DNA of 64,000 nucleotides from Raillietiella orientalis (Eukaryota): positions 5,270,001 to 5,334,000 of the forward strand of contig JAYWIR010000004.1 of NCBI GenBank assembly GCA_036172245.1. The letters run 5' to 3'. The notes under the pieces were generated by a model. The model was given only the letters and a program-made list of their open reading frames with translations, did not search any database and was not told the DNA's origin. This document shows positions 26,000-39,479 of the stretch, piece by piece; position 1 is the first letter of the stretch, and every line of letters begins with the position of its first letter. A program made the translations under genes and the position numbers.

Positions 26000-27776
26000 A
26001 AGAAAGAGAAAGAAACGGTAAGAAAAACGCTTACCCTAATGGGGCAGGGAATGACAGAGCCCAGCGCGCGCGTCCGTCCCTAGACAGGATCGTGCAGGTG
26101 GACCAGCCGACTCTCGGCGTACGAGGTCCGCACAAGGGGGCAAGGAGGCGTCAGGAAAGCCAAGAGCATTTTCGATCTTGGCTGTGCTCTGGCTTCCGGC
26201 GCCGGATGAGGTCTGACGGGAGGGGGGGGGGAGGAACACTCTATGCCGGAAGCATCCCCGCTCCGGAAGGTTCGCTTCCCGTCGGAAGCTAATGCTCGCA
26301 TAACCCTCCGTTCCGGAGGAGCTCCATTGCCCTCTTGGCGCGTGCTCGGAGCCCGGTAGCTCCGTCCCGTCACCTCGGGGTTTCGAAAGTATGTGCGAGC
26401 GATGTCTTCCGAGTCCCAAAGGAACTCAGTGGCCATCTCCCACAAGGAATCCGTGGGAAGGGGGAGGACGCCAGTCGGACGCCCCCGCCGCCGCAGGAGC
26501 TGGCGCTCATCCCTTCCTGGAATCAGGAAGGTGCGATTCCTCGGGGGTGAAGCAGAAGTCACGGCCGACCGGATTTCTGGAGGGCGGTCCCGTCGCCGCT
26601 TGCTGTCGCTCGCACGGACCTTCCCTTCTCCGAGCTCGGCACCGCACCTGTCCTTATCACTGGAGCATCCTTTGCCGCCCTTTCTTCCCCTCCGGGAATG
26701 GATGGGACGGGGGAGAGCTCGTCGCACGCGTCACGCACCGCGCGCGGAGGTACCTTCGCCCATCCTCCCAGGCCTCGTCGCCACCACCTCCAGACGTCTT
26801 CGCTGCGCGGAGTCGCGAACCGGCCCGAGAAGGAAACGGGTCATTCGCCATCGGACACCTCCCCCCTCCCTTCGGCCTTCTGAGAGGTGATCACGGAGGC
26901 AGCTCTTCCCTCATTTCCCCACTTTCGTTCTCTCCCAGAGCGACGTCCTGGGCGCAGCGAGTCCGCTCGACCCTCTGTCGGGAAGAGCGGCCTCGTCGAC
27001 AGACCCATCTGGCGTCGATGCTGCAAAGCAGCGAACGCCTCGTCTCCGCTCCGTTCTCCGCCCTCCTGCGCTGGATCGCAAACCGGAAGCCTCCTCCTCG
27101 CGTCATCTCCTTACGTAGGGGAGGGAAAGAGCGACTGGAAGAGCCCCGGCTTCGGTCCAGCCCGGGAGGGTGCGGCGGCGAGGAATGGGGGGAGGGTTGC
27201 ATCCCCTAACCTTCATCGCAGGGACACCCACATGGCCCCGCTCTTCCCGCCCTGCATTGCCCCCTCGGCGGAGCTTGCCGTAGGGGCGAACGCGAACCAC
27301 GGATTGGCCACTCGGAAACGACCCACCTCTCCGAGAAGCGGCAGCTTCCCAGGGGATGCTCTCCAGGGATGCGGCAGGGATGGGTGCGAGCCGCGGTCTC
27401 CTGGATGACGGGCTTTCGCTCTGACCTCTCCAGGCCTGGCCGGTCTCCCTCCACCCCGTGCGCGCGGCGGAGGTCGCCAAGAACGGCGCGGGCCGTAGCC
27501 CCAGGGAGTAGTCCTTGCCTGCTCACGTAGGGACGGTGCACTGGCTTCATGAAGGATCCGAAGCACAGAGGGCCTGAGGGTGATTTCCTTCACCCCATCT
27601 CCTCGGAGGACGTGCTTGGGAACCGCGTTCACATTCGAGGGGCGAATTCGTCCCTTCCCGTCTTCATCGGCCCTTCTCTCCATTCGCTCTCCAGTCCGGC
27701 CCCTGTCGATTCGGGCCAACTGGACCCTCTCTAGCCACAAAATCCTTTTATGTACTCGCTTTAAATAAATAAATAA
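26000..27776 (+). mobile_element. Decayed LINE 3' part ending in a (TAAA)n tail
   Basis: TLTLMGQGMTEP...RWTSRL, ALLRW, DWKSPGFGPAREG (compare WQELALLVLPEG at 39.2 kb), RDTHMAPLFPPC; TAAATAAATAAATAA at 27762-27776. Confidence 0.55.
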
Positions 27777-27789
27777 GCAGTCCCTTGGA

Positions 27790-30700
27790 CCTCCTCCAGG
27801 TCGGGTCACCTACCTGTCTGCTGGCATGGCTGCCTCACCACGGCCGTTCGGAGGCTGCCGCGATCTCTCCCCCCCCACCCAAGGGGATGCAGATGACTCC
27901 ATCCCGGGAACTCTGCCAAGGGGGAGAGGGGTCGATTCTCGAGAGAGAGTTCCAGGAGGAATAGCTCCGGCAGATGCTGGAGCTGCGAAGATGCGGCCAC
28001 AAGAACCACCATCACCATCCTCCTTCTTCCCAAGTGGCCAACCCTTCCCCTACCGCGCCGCGCCACTGCCCCGAATGGAGCGGCTGCGGGAGCAAGGGTG
28101 GCACTCGCTCGCTTGCCCTGAAAGCCCGGAGCGCGGGGCGGTAGCGGCGCCGGGAGATAATCACGGGCCGGCCCGAGGGGCTGCTCCGTTCTCCTCGGCC
28201 TCCTTGCGCCAGGTCCCGACGCAGGGGCGCCAAGTCTTCTAGCCGTGGTTGAGAGCCGATGGGTCCCATGGGGTCTTCCTCCTTGCCCTCGGGGTGGTCT
28301 CTGCCCACCACCGAGCGAGAAATCGGCCCGCAAGAGTGGCCCCACGGGGGCTCCTCCCAAACTACCGGATGAAACGGCGGGGTGAGACGGGGTAGGGAGC
28401 ATCGCTTTGGTATCTCCACAGAGAGGAAGGGGGCATCGGGGTGCGGACCACTCGGTGACTCCTCTGCTTCCTCGCCAGTCACCTTGGCAGTGAGGAAGCG
28501 GGCTGGGTCTCGGGACGACGACGCTTCCATCCCCCAGCAGCGCGTAGTTCTTTCCTTCTCCAGTGTCTTCGGACGCAGCCGCATTCCCAACTGACAGGCT
28601 TCCGGTCCGCTTCTTGAGTCTGTGGGGGGAAAGGGAGGGGTCCTCCCGGCCGCCCATGCTGGAAAAACCCTCCGCGGAACTTCTCCCGGGAGCCGCGCTT
28701 GCCTTTCGCCTGCCGGGTCAACCGCGGGCTGCCCCTCCAGCCGGAAGCGACGCCTCCCCGGGAGGAAACGGCGTCGCAACACAGACGGGACCCTATTCGA
28801 GGACCCCACCTGCGTGACCCTCTGAAGGGGGTGCGGTCGCCCTGAGAGGACGCCTTGAGTGCAAGAAGGGCTCGCGTGGGCGGTTGTCGGGGAGTCAGGT
28901 CGGCATCGAGGCGGCCGGTCATGCCATCGCTGCGATGGGCAAGCCAGTGTTGGCGCTCCTCTCCCATCGTGACGGGTGTGGGGGCAGAGCCCACAGGGGG
29001 TCTCTGCTTCCAGGGGGCGCTCCGGAGTGGACCGCGAATGGCCAGAGGAGCGGACCGAGGCAACGGCGGGAGGAATCGCCATGGTGACCGGCAGTCCTCG
29101 AGGAAGACCCGTTGCCTGCACGCGTGGCGAGTTGCCTGGGACCCCTGGCCAGGAAGGACGAAGATGTTGACCTCACTTGGGAACCCGAATGCTCCGAGTC
29201 CCTGGAGAGGTCCGACTCCGGAGGGGAGGGACTCCCGAAAAAGTCGGCCCACCGTCCAGGGTGGCCCCTCCTGCAGAAAGTCGGGGACAGGTTCTCCAGA
29301 TTCCCTCCGAAGAAAAAGGTATGGTGAGAAAGCGAAGGAATTCCTTCCCCAGCGCTTCCTGGAACGTCCGCTCCGCCGTCGTGCAAAGTCCAGAGGGACA
29401 ACCAGCGGGATAGAAGCTCTGCCCTCTCCCTTTCTCCCTCATGGTAGACAAGGGACGCGGAGGAGGAGGAGCAGAATTCTCTGGAGGGATGCCCGGGAGG
29501 CGCTCTCCCTCCTCTTCCTCCGGACTCCCCTTCCCTCGTCCCTCGCCCTCTAGCTGCTGCCCTTCCCGGGGGCGCCGACGAGGGTGGGCGCGGACCGTCC
29601 GTGCGGCAGACGTGCGGCGTGTCCCCGTCATGGCATGTGGCACGCGCCAGTCTCGCCGCCAGGAGGCGCGTGACGACCTGGCGGAGAGGCGGCCCAGGAA
29701 CGAAGGGGGTCGGGGAAGCCTGTATCCGGGCAGAGTCGGGCTCGACCGCTCGGAGTCGGTTGTTGCGGGCCCGAGTTGCCCCGCCCGCTCCGAGGAGGGA
29801 TTCTGGCAGGAGGGGTCACATCTCTGCGGTCCCTCCTGCTGGAAGGGCACCGGAGCACGCCGCATCCGCTCGAGGACCAGCGACGTCCGAGAGAGGTGAG
29901 ACGGGGTTCGTCAATAGGGTGGGAATTCGTCCAGCATCCTCCGCAAGACCCTCTCAGCCGCTCCCCTCCTCCACGCATCTCTGCGCACGGCTAAGCAGGG
30001 AAGGGCGACCCCGGGTCTCCGGCAGTCCCTGGGAGTGTAGCACCACCCTCCTGGACTCTTGGGCGGACGTTCCAGCCCGCTCCGGCCCCATGCGGGCGCC
30101 ATGGAGCCTCCTCTTCTCCCAGGAGGTCAGTGCGAGGGGGTGGATGGGACAGACGTTGCCGAGCGCTCTCGTCTTGCCCGGCGCCATCCGCATCCAAGGA
30201 AAGAGGGGGAGAACTCGGTTCAGGGACCCGTCCTTCGTGCGGTTCTTCTTCTTCCCTCGGAGGGAAAGGAGAGGTTGGTCCGTCCTCTCCCTCCCCATGC
30301 TCGCGCTCTGGGAGTTTCCCCATCCGGTCAGCACTCTCTCCTCGTCACGTTCTCGAGCGTCGTCAGCTGATCCGGCTCGAAGGCTCGGGGTAACGGGAAG
30401 AAGAAGGGAGGGAACGAAGCGTGTGGTCCGCGGAAAGTTGGCTCTCGCCCCGTCGCCCTGCGTCGAAGGCACGAAGCTGCCGACCTTCCGCCCGAATGTC
30501 GTCCCCGCGCGTGCGCGCCACTCTCCTCTGCTACGCTCCGCCCGACTCAGAGTCTGGGAGGCGGGGGAGGGGCAGCTCTCGAGTGTTCCCCTGAAGCCTT
30601 GAGAGACGCGAAGCTGCAGGCGGGGAAGGAACAAAAAGAGGGCAAAAAGCGTGACTCGGGGAAGACAAACACGGCCTCCCTGGAGACAGCTGCTCACGTG

Positions 30701-31110
30701 GAGGCTCCGGGGCAGTGGGGCTTCCTGAGGGACGGTTCCGGTCCTTAGCCGAGCAGCTCCCTTTGCTCGCGGTCATGAGGCGGGACAAGGGAAGGGCAGA
30801 AGGAGAGGGGAAGCCGGGCTTTCGCCGAAGCTCCCTCGTGCGTGGGAGGGCGCGAGGAACGCCCGAAGCGGCGCGGGGGGTAGAAAACGCGCCACCTGCG
30901 GTGACGAGTAGGGGAGGGTGACTCGCGCTTCTGGCCCGGAACGCCTGCTCCACGTGCGCGCTGCGCCATTGCGGTCGTCGAGAGCCGCCTTGCTCCCTGC
31001 CCGTCAGACCTCGGTCCTCTCCCTGATACTGAGGCATCTGAACCACCCTGCGGGAGTGTTGCTTCCTGACCTCCCAAGAAAGCGCCCGGCAATTCGGCAG
31101 ACGGCACTGC
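27790..31110 (-). mobile_element. Decayed L1/Tx1-like ORF2 (EN+RT), 3'-truncated; ORF1 may extend to ~32700
   Basis: RALSWEVR (SWEVR 31065-31079, for SWNVRG), TDQPLL..GSLNRVL, VPGSAGEGIP, LFRESLPSG..NIFVLPGQG, GGREDPSLSP, ALLGDGSVV, HLGRRRMVMVVL. Confidence 0.75.
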
Positions 31111-32949
31111 TCATCTTCCATGTGGAGCAGGACCTCCTCTTTCCTCCCTTCCTCCTCCCCTTTCCCCTTCTTCCTTTTCCTCCCTTTCACCTTCCCCTCC
31201 TTCTCTCCTTTCTCCTCTCTCTCCTTCTTCCTCCCTGTGGGCCCGGGTCGACAGCGCGGCGACCACAAACTCCAGGAAGCCTCCAGGAGGCAGCGGCCGC
31301 TCCCGTGAGAGCAGAGTTCGTTCTCGAGGTGGAATGAGGTCCTCCAACACACGCGAGTGTCCTCTTCCGTCGCCGCGCGACGACGGCGTTTTCCCAGCTC
31401 AGGATCCTGGAAGGGAGCGACGACGCTCTCCTCTCTCTCGAACACGCGCGTGGAACTCGGTAGGCGTTGCATCTCCCGCGAGATGCAAGGGGGAAGGGGG
31501 GAAGATACAGGAAGAAAAGAGGGAGGGGGATGACGGAGGACGTCGGTTTCCCCCCTCGGCAGTCGCAAGGGGACTCCATGCCGGGCCGCGCGAACCGAGA
31601 GGAATGCTCGTCGTCACGGAAACGGAGCTCCCAGCCGTTTGCAGGGGGAGATGGGAAGCGGGAGGAGCCCGGGAGGGTGAGGAAGAGGAAGGCAGAGGTG
31701 ATGGAAGGGGAGCTGGGGCCTTTCGAGAGACTCCATGCGGCTGCTCCCGCGGGGCGGTCGTGCCGTTGACTCCCTTCGAAGATGGCACCGTTCCCTCGTC
31801 CGCTCGAGGGCGAGAAGAGCCACGGGAGAAGTCCTGGGTGCAGCAACAATCCCCTTCCTTTCTCAGATCCAGAAAGCTCTTTTTTTTCTTGTATCCTCCG
31901 CTTCGTGGATGCCGGTGCGTCGCCCTTCGGGTTTCGGCGATGCCTTCTCCGTGGTCTTCCCCGGCACGCCCTCTGCTGCCCGATCGGGAAATCGGAGGAG
32001 GAGCAAGGGCGGGGTGGAAGGGCCAGGACTGTACTCAGATGGGATGTGAACTTTCACCTCAAGGGAAGACATTTTTGGAGGAGTTCCCGGAGGAGAAGAG
32101 GAAGAAAGGAAGCGGGGGGGAAAGGTGCTGCTGCTCATGGCACGGTGATGGGAAGGAGGGAAAGGGAAGAGGAAGGGTAGTAGGAGGAGGGAGTACTCGA
32201 AGGCGGTGAGGAAGGGCAGCTCCGCCGCGATGGAGGCTGCTGGAAAGGAACATGGAAGGGGAAGGCGGGGCTAGTGCCTAGTGCTCGCTCGTCAACGGCT
32301 CCCGGAAAGGCGGGAGTGCTCAGAGGTGTTTCATGGCAAAGAAGGAAGGGGAGAAGGGAGACTCAGGAGGCAAGCCACGCCTGCGTGGCTCCCTCCTCGC
32401 CGCGCGGCTTCGCCGCCGTCCTCGGGAGAGCTGTTTTCGGTGCTTCCCTCCCGACGGGCCCTGTTGGTCTTTCGGCCAGAGCCAGATGGATCAGCCCAAC
32501 TCTCCGGATCCAGACGTTGCACTCCGCCGCTCGGGTGGGTCCGATGGCTTGGCTGGGCTTCCCGAAGGACGCTGGGTCTGAGTCGAGCGGCGATGGCGGA
32601 GGGCGCACCGTCCTCCCCACTCCCTTCTGTGAGGAGCTCACAGAGTTCGCCCCGGTCGTCTCCGCCCTTTCCAGAACGGAGGAAGCTGATGCCGCGCCAT
32701 GGCTGCACCACTCATCTGAGGATGGCACTCATCGTGACACCGGCGGGAGGTGAAGTTCGTTTCACAGCGCACGTGCGGTCGTCATCGATGACGACAGCGG
32801 TCGCCGGCGATACCGACGGGCATCGACAAGAAAAGTGGTCGTCGTGTAAGACAACAGGCATCAGTCATGACCACAGTCGTCGTCACTTACAACAGCAGGT
32901 GTCAGCAGTGTCAACAGCCACAGGCGTCAGAAATGAAGCAGTCGTTGTC

Positions 32950-35300
32950 TTGGAAACCACAGAGCTTTCGCAGACCTCGGTTTCCCTGCAAGACGCCTCC
33001 CTGCTTTCGTACTGCAGGTGGGCTGGCGCTGCCGGCGGACGTGCTGCTCTCTGCATCACCACAGCGAAGAGGAGCATCGGGCGGGCGGGGGTCACGTGAC
33101 GTTCCCTCCAGATCTGCGCGGCGAACACCCGGTCCGTGCGAGCATCCAAGAGCTATGTGGGTCACTTTTAGAGATGACAAGTGGAGAAGATCAAGGCAAT
33201 TATTTGCCCTCGCTCTCTTTCCCATCGGGAGAGAGCTCTCCTTCATCAGCCCGAGCATGAGCGTGTCATCACCACACGATGGAGACGTTCAGTGTCCCTG
33301 AAGCTGCCCGGGCGAGTGCTCCAAGAATCACCGAACGAACGGGTGGCGGATGCGCCACCGATCGCGCCAGACAAACGGAGGCTCTTCGGCGAGAGCTCCG
33401 CCGGCAGTGGGGCATGGGGACTGAAGGGTAGGGAAAGAGATCGCAGAGGCCTTAGGTTCAGACTCGAAAGGACAAGATCCCTCACCGACGGCAGCGCAGA
33501 GTTGGACGCTTTGAATCGCATGACCACTACCTCCTCCTCCTTCCTTTCTACTTTCCTCTTCCTGCTTCTCCTCCTTCTTCCTCCCCCCCTCCCTCCCTTC
33601 CTTAATTTTCTTCCTCCTCCCCCCCTCCTCTTCCTCCTGCCCCTTCCCAAGGGAGTGACAGCGGAACGCTGACGGGCAAACATCCGCGCCTCTGGTGTAT
33701 GCGCGCTCCTACCCGACGTGACATCGAGGGACGCTGGCCGTGGAATAGCGCGCCCGGTCTTCATGCGTCCACGCTCTTCGCCTTTCCACGCAGACCCGCC
33801 GACTGTCGGCGTTCCTGAGCCGAACGTGGCGCCTCTCTCCAGTCAGTGGGTAAATTTTCCTGCCGCGGGAAAAGAATCAATTGAGGAAGGATAGGAATCT
33901 ACAGGAGCAGCAGAGATCCACTCCGTTTTTCACGTGTGCGTGTTCTGGGTGACCGCAATCCTTATGGGGAAGGAACCAGGAAGAACCTGATTCTAGCGGG
34001 TTCACCGAGCCTCTTCCATTCCAGCCGCCCTCATCCAATCAGATGTCCAGTGACAGCATGGCTGGCTGGACGCTTCGCGCCTACAAAAAACTGTTTTCTT
34101 CTTCTTCTTGTGCGTGTGCCATCAGCACCATCAGCAAGACTTATCAACAAGTGGCGCGCGCGAGTCTAGCAGAGGCACGAGGGATCACCACTACTGCGCT
34201 GTGGTTCTACCGGGGTGGGTTGTCCTCCCTGCAGAGGAGGGAAGCCTCTCCCGGAAGGCTGCGAAGCATCCTATTCGAAAAGAGCCGCGGAGATGGAGCC
34301 CTTGCGTCTCCGCTCCTGCGGCTATCGCAGCAGATCCTGGGGAGGTACGGATAGTCAGGCGCCGCTCGGATTCCCCGCACGGAAGCTGCGCCTGAGTGCA
34401 CGGCTTCCGCCTCAAACCGTCTGACCGGGGAAGACCCGTGGTTTCGGCTGGAGTTCCCGGTGGCGCGACCTCCGAGTCCGCCTCCCGTCCCTTTCCCCGT
34501 GGTCCTCCGGGACTACCCGTCCCCGCCGTTCGGCGCTCGGCGGGGCTTCTGTCGCAGCAGAACTCTCACGGAACGGCCGAGCTTCCCGGCCTCGTTGGCG
34601 CTCCACAGAGAGGAGTCGTGCCGCAGGTTCCGTTACCCGGTTGACGTCGAGGTCAGGCGAGACCCCGCCCCACGGATAGCAGCAGCGCTGTCCGCCGGCG
34701 GGGAGATCTCAAATCAGTACCTGTCCAAGAATGCCAATGCTGTGACCAGTCGCCACGGCGATTATCGCCTCGAGGCACTGATCCGAAGGCGTTCCGATTA
34801 GTCCGTCAGTCCGCGGGTGCGGTACGAAAAAGGCGCCCAATATCAGCAAGACCTTTGCAGGGGATGATTCCGGGAACCCACGTCCTCCTTCCCGTAGGTT
34901 TCCTCCTCCCGCGACACGCCAAAGCAAAAAAAAAAGAAAGAAAGAAAACGCGAATAGCTCAGCAATACCTCTGCGTCCAGCAGCGGTTTCCTTCGGGAAG
35001 CGGTTGGTGAGGAGCGGTCCTCCTCCCCCCTCCCTCAATGTTCTTCCGCCCCGGAAGAACAGCCTCCCCCGTTCCGTCGGTGGGACCGCCGCATGCCGGA
35101 GGGACTGAAAGACGAGAGGCGTGTCATGTCGATTAAGGGAGGAGCGACATCGATCCCGGTTTTCGCGGTGCCGTGACGACCACGTTTGACCCTGACACGA
35201 ACGCTGGGGGCGGAGTTTTCTTCCCGGATGGCTGCACCTTCGGATGGGACAGCAGCCAACCGGAGGGAAGGAGGGGAGTCGTCCTGCAGGATTGAGGGAG
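32950..35300. mobile_element. Decayed Harbinger element: MADF-like ORF (+, ~32950-33900) convergent with transposase (-, ~33930-35300)
   Basis: Plus: MWVTFRDDKWRR...RELSFISP. Minus: SDQCLEAIIAVATGHS (ATGHS 34739-34753), APDYPYL..RRSGDAR, SGDPSCL, IG*GRLEWKRL. Confidence 0.75.
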
Positions 35301-35559
35301 TCGAGAAACTCCTCGACGGCAGTGAGGCGAGCGGGAGAGTTTGTGGACCGTGCCACTCCTCGTTCCTGGGCTAAGGAACTCCTTCGGTTGACACCCGGTC
35401 ACGCCGGGGCGTTTATTTATAAAAGATAAACACACATGTCTGTGGCAAGACGTTTGATCCTGTCACGTTACTTATAACTACGAGAAGGAACCTGCCGGGG
35501 ACTGGCACGCAGGTCAACGGGGTTCACCTCGGCAGCAGAGGGGAAGGGGAGACAAACGA

Positions 35560-36650
35560 AAATACAAAAACAAAACAGAAGACATATAGTCAAAAAATGG
35601 GGGCATTCGGGAAGGGATCACTGTGTTCTGGAGGGTGCCCCTGCATCCTTGAAAGGATGCCCGCAAGTTCCTGTTTTATGGTTCCCGGATGGGGCCATCT
35701 TGACGCTGTCCTCATGAAGAGGACAGCAAATTAGATGGCGTCCTTGTCGTTCTGGCCTCCTCTGGCGTCGCTCCATGCGGCCACGATCCCGCATAGGCAG
35801 AAAAGTGCTGCTAGGGATGCAGCCGGCGTGAGGGCGTCGCGCAGGAAGGGGAGCTTTACAACGTCTCTAGCGTTGCTGCCGGGGGTTCCATGGGTCGCGG
35901 CAAAGCGTCCCCAAAGGGGCAGCACAGTCCACTAGGAGGTGCGGGAGGATTCTTGCTCCCTGCACCGTGTCTTGCTCCCGTGTCTACAGATGCCGGCGGG
36001 CGTTGCACGGGAGGCCCCAGTGTAGCAGCATCAATGCCGACTCCTGTCACTTTAAGGGTGGTAGTGGTGCGGGTGTTCATGACCACTGGGGGCCACTGCA
36101 GGTTTTCCTCCGGAATACCCAGTAGCACGCCCCAGTGTAAAAGTCCATGAGGTCGAGCACTCGGGGTCACAGTGTCAGTGAGCTGACCCGTCGCCCACTC
36201 CCCCAGTCCCCTTCTCCTTACGGAGATTTGCACAGTAACCTTCCATCTAGCCTTAAGGCTGCTGTCCATGTGCTCCCAAAGAAAGGGCAACGCGGCGGCA
36301 AGAGAGCTCTGCTTGCCCATGCACTCTTCGCAGGATTTTCCAGGATCTCTCGGAGCGTGCAGCTGTTACGCGTGTACAGGAAACGTGGCACCTGTTCCAG
36401 GCTTGGCGCCTGGATCCTCGTCCATGTGCGTACGGCTTCCTGCAGCCAGGAACTACCTTTCACAGCGCGGCACGAGATCCATCCGTTCTTCCTCGCCAGC
36501 TTGGCCACCTGCCGAAGGTGCAGTCCGCAGTGAATGAGACTTCGTGGAAGACGCCCAAGGAAGGACGCGAATCCCACGCTGCCGGTGGCTTGCTGGACGA
36601 GAAGACGTGCAGGTTGGCACCAGGTGGTGCTCCAGGAATTTGCCAAGAGC
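35560..36650 (-). mobile_element. LINE 3' part (CCHC region and T-rich 3' UTR), inverted paralogue of 40850-41690
   Basis: GLLHWGVLLGIP, LK*QESALMLLHWGLPCNARRHL*TR, PHLLVDCAA; nucleotide-level inverted similarity to 41140-41200 is visible directly. Confidence 0.85.
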
Positions 36651-36699
36651 AAAAGTGTTCGAAACTAGAGCTGCAGCTCCACTCGCTCCAGGTCAGAAA

Positions 36700-37430
36700 G
36701 CCTAGACCGCCGTCCCGGCGCGGAGCACGCAAGTCTTTTAGGACACGGGGCCTCCCTTTGTCTCAGAGGGAGACCCGGAGGAGGTCCGCTTCCTATGCTG
36801 CATGGCGGGGAACAAACAAGGAACTCCTTCGGTGGAGCGATCTGCTCAGTGCGTCCGCTTTCTCGAAAAACTCGCAGTCCCTTCCCTGAGTGTGGGCACC
36901 TCCGTGTTCCCGCTCCGCTAAAGATGCCCAGGGTGTTTTCCTGTCTCTGCACTGTGGGAATGGATGCCTTCAACAGTTTGGGAGAGTCTCCCAAATATAA
37001 GAGATGCCTCTCCGGACTGCTGCAGGCGCAGACGGTGGTGGAATCGTTCCCGCACCTCCTATTGGACCTCAGCGCCTTAGGGGACGTGAGGAGGAGACTC
37101 CCTCCCTCGGCTCTCTCCCGTGTCTGCTCCGGACTTTCTGTGGAGCTTCTTCGTTCGAAGCGGGCTGAAGACGGGTTCCGCGGTCACAACGAGATGCCGC
37201 ATCCGCGCCATGGAGACAGCCCGGCATGTGTTGGAGTCCCGTTTGCAGCGAGGGCAGCCGCCTACGTGAGGACAGCTGAAAGGCGGCCTCATCGGCCAGA
37301 AGAGGTCTCCAGGGAGATCGCTACCACGTGCCGCCGCTTCCAAAAAGAAAGAAACGAATCAAATCAAATACCCCCGTCCCCAACCTCCCGTCTTTTTCTT
37401 ATTTATTTATTGTCCTTTCCCTACTTTTTT
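36700..37430 (+). mobile_element. LINE 3' part, related subfamily, more diverged
   Basis: ELLRWSDLL, FLSLHCG, ESFPHLLLDLSAL; T-rich end ~37390-37430. Confidence 0.65.
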
Positions 37431-37677
37431 AGGAGCCAGCCTGGTTGCAGGTGGTCATCCCCAATGAACTTCTGCTTTCTTGTGCGTGTATCGGAGGCAT
37501 CTCTTGTGTTTAGGGAATACCGTTCCCCTCTGACCTGTGGTTTGTTTTTTAAATAAGCGTCCCGGCGAGACCGGGTGGAAAAAAAAAAACTTTGAAGGGA
37601 TGCCCTCTCTCGACGTCTCCAGGATTCTACTCAGGACCGACGTCGCGGAGTCATCCCGTACAGACGGAGCAACTCGA

Positions 37678-38161
37678 GCCCTTTCGTTCCCGTCACTCGG
37701 CACTGAGCTGATCCCGCGTTCCCCGGTTTTTCCCCGCGAGGGGCTGCTGCTCCACCGATGAATCAGGGAAGCCGCAAGTCATCTGGAGAAGGAGCGAAGA
37801 CAGCATGCGGTCCCGAAAGCTCGAGATCGCTGGCCCCCTTCGCTTTCCCTTCCGCGCGGCGTTTCCAGTCCCTCGGCTTCTCCCGGAGGGAAGACCGCGA
37901 ATCTGTTCGGGACTCTAGGAGTAATCAGGAGACGTGCAAAGAACGCTCCCGGGAGCGCTTCTGCCTGCAAATCTCCCCGGCGGGAGGGGAGGAGGGAGAA
38001 GTAGGTCTGGATCTCGAGTTTTCGGGACCGCATGCTGTCTTCGCTCCTTGTTCCGGATGACTCGCGGCTTCCCTGATTCACCGGCGGAGCGGCGGCCCCG
38101 CGCGAGGAAAAACCAGGGAATGCGGCATCAGCGCAGTGCCGCGTGACGGGAACGAAAGGGC
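37678..38161. repeat. Long inverted repeat (arms 37678-37828 and 38010-38161), MITE/foldback-like
   Basis: Left arm GCCCTTTCGTTCCCGTCAC...CGAAAGCTCGAGATC matches the reverse complement of the right arm at roughly 89% by hand alignment. The ~180 bp spacer has weaker residual symmetry. Confidence 0.95.
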
Positions 38162-38759
38162 GGGATTTTTTTACGGGAGGCACCGAATAATCGTCGCTAT
38201 TATTAGCACCCTTGGGAAGAAGCAGGAATGGAATTCCATGCACGAAATCTCACTGGGAAGAAAAGAAGGAAAGGAAAAAGGGGGGGGGGATTCGTTTGCT
38301 CGAAGCGACCGGAAACGGAAAGACCGAAAGTGAGAGGAGGGTTTGAGTGTCCCAAGAAAGGGGGTTGCGCTACTTCGAAGGGATGGACGTCAGGAAGAAC
38401 AGCTTGAGAAGAAACTCGCCGCAAGCAGCGAAGGCCACCTACCAGAAGGGCTCAGATGAAAACTCGGCTTCTCGATAGGAGCGCCGGGAAGTGGCGTCAG
38501 CAGCCCCCCGCAGTGCTCACGGCTCCAGTTCCCGTCTTCGTAGTCTCTCTTTTTTTTTTATAAGGGCCAGTAGCGACCTCGAGGAGGTCGTCGCTCTTGG
38601 CCTAGGATAGTCATCACCTGGTTGTGCCGGGGCATTCGTTACGGAAAGAAATAAAAACACATTGATGTGGTCGAACCGCTGTTTCGACCACGTGCTTGGA
38701 ACCTGCCGAAGAGCGGAACGAGGCCGGCGAGGTCCGTTTCGGCAGCGCGGGAGAAGGGA

Positions 38760-39400
38760 AAACAAAAACAAAAAAAACAGAAGCACACAAAACGGAGGAG
38801 GGAAAATTTCACAAGGGAAGGGGGACTTGTGGAAGGGATCACGGCATGCACTGCCCGACGTCCTCTACATCCTTCTCAGGATGCCGGCAAGTTCCGTCAC
38901 TGTCTCGCCCAGGTGAGGCTATTTCGAGGCGGTCCTCAGGAAGATCTGCTCCCAGGGGAAAGCGTCCCTGCCATTTCGACCTTTCCTTATGGAGTTCCAG
39001 GCCTCCGATCCCTCGAAAGCATTAGAAGACTGCGAGAGGCGTCTGCAAATGTTCCTGCGGCCGCTCCCCGGAATACCTCGGATCGCCGCGAGGCGATTCC
39101 AAAGGGGTCGGAGGGCAGCATGGTCCAATAGAAGGGGTGGGGGGTGTCCTCCTTCCTGCACCTGCCCTACTCAGCCCCCCCCTCGGGTCCATTGGCAGAG
39201 GCGCACTTTGCACGGGATTCCCTCTGGCAACACAAGCAGCGCCAACTCCTGCCACTCGAGGGAGAGGGTGCCACTGTTCCAGCACGCTAGGGGCCACTTC
39301 ATCTCTACCGGAGGGATGCCGAGCAGCTTTTCCCAGCGTAGAATTCCGTGGGGTGGACACGTGGGACCCGTGAACTCCTGAGTTATCCACGTCCCCAATG
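38760..39400 (-). mobile_element. LINE 3' part (CCHC region)
   Basis: GILRWEKLLGIP...WQELALLVLPEGIPCKVRLCQWTR, GRCRKEDTPH, LRPLWNRL, WNSIRKGRN; T-rich UTR. Confidence 0.85.
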
Positions 39401-39479
39401 TTTTTTTTGCTGCAATGCATTAGACTTCCCATCTTGCAAGGATTACGCTATCCCTTGCATCCATTAGGGAGGGTATCAT

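Noticed and set aside
33150..33230. YVGH...EKIKAII as a Ty3/gypsy RT-RNaseH junction
   Set aside because: Spacing is too short, there are stops between the motifs, and no other LTR-element motifs occur. Another frame gives a better MADF match in the expected Harbinger context.
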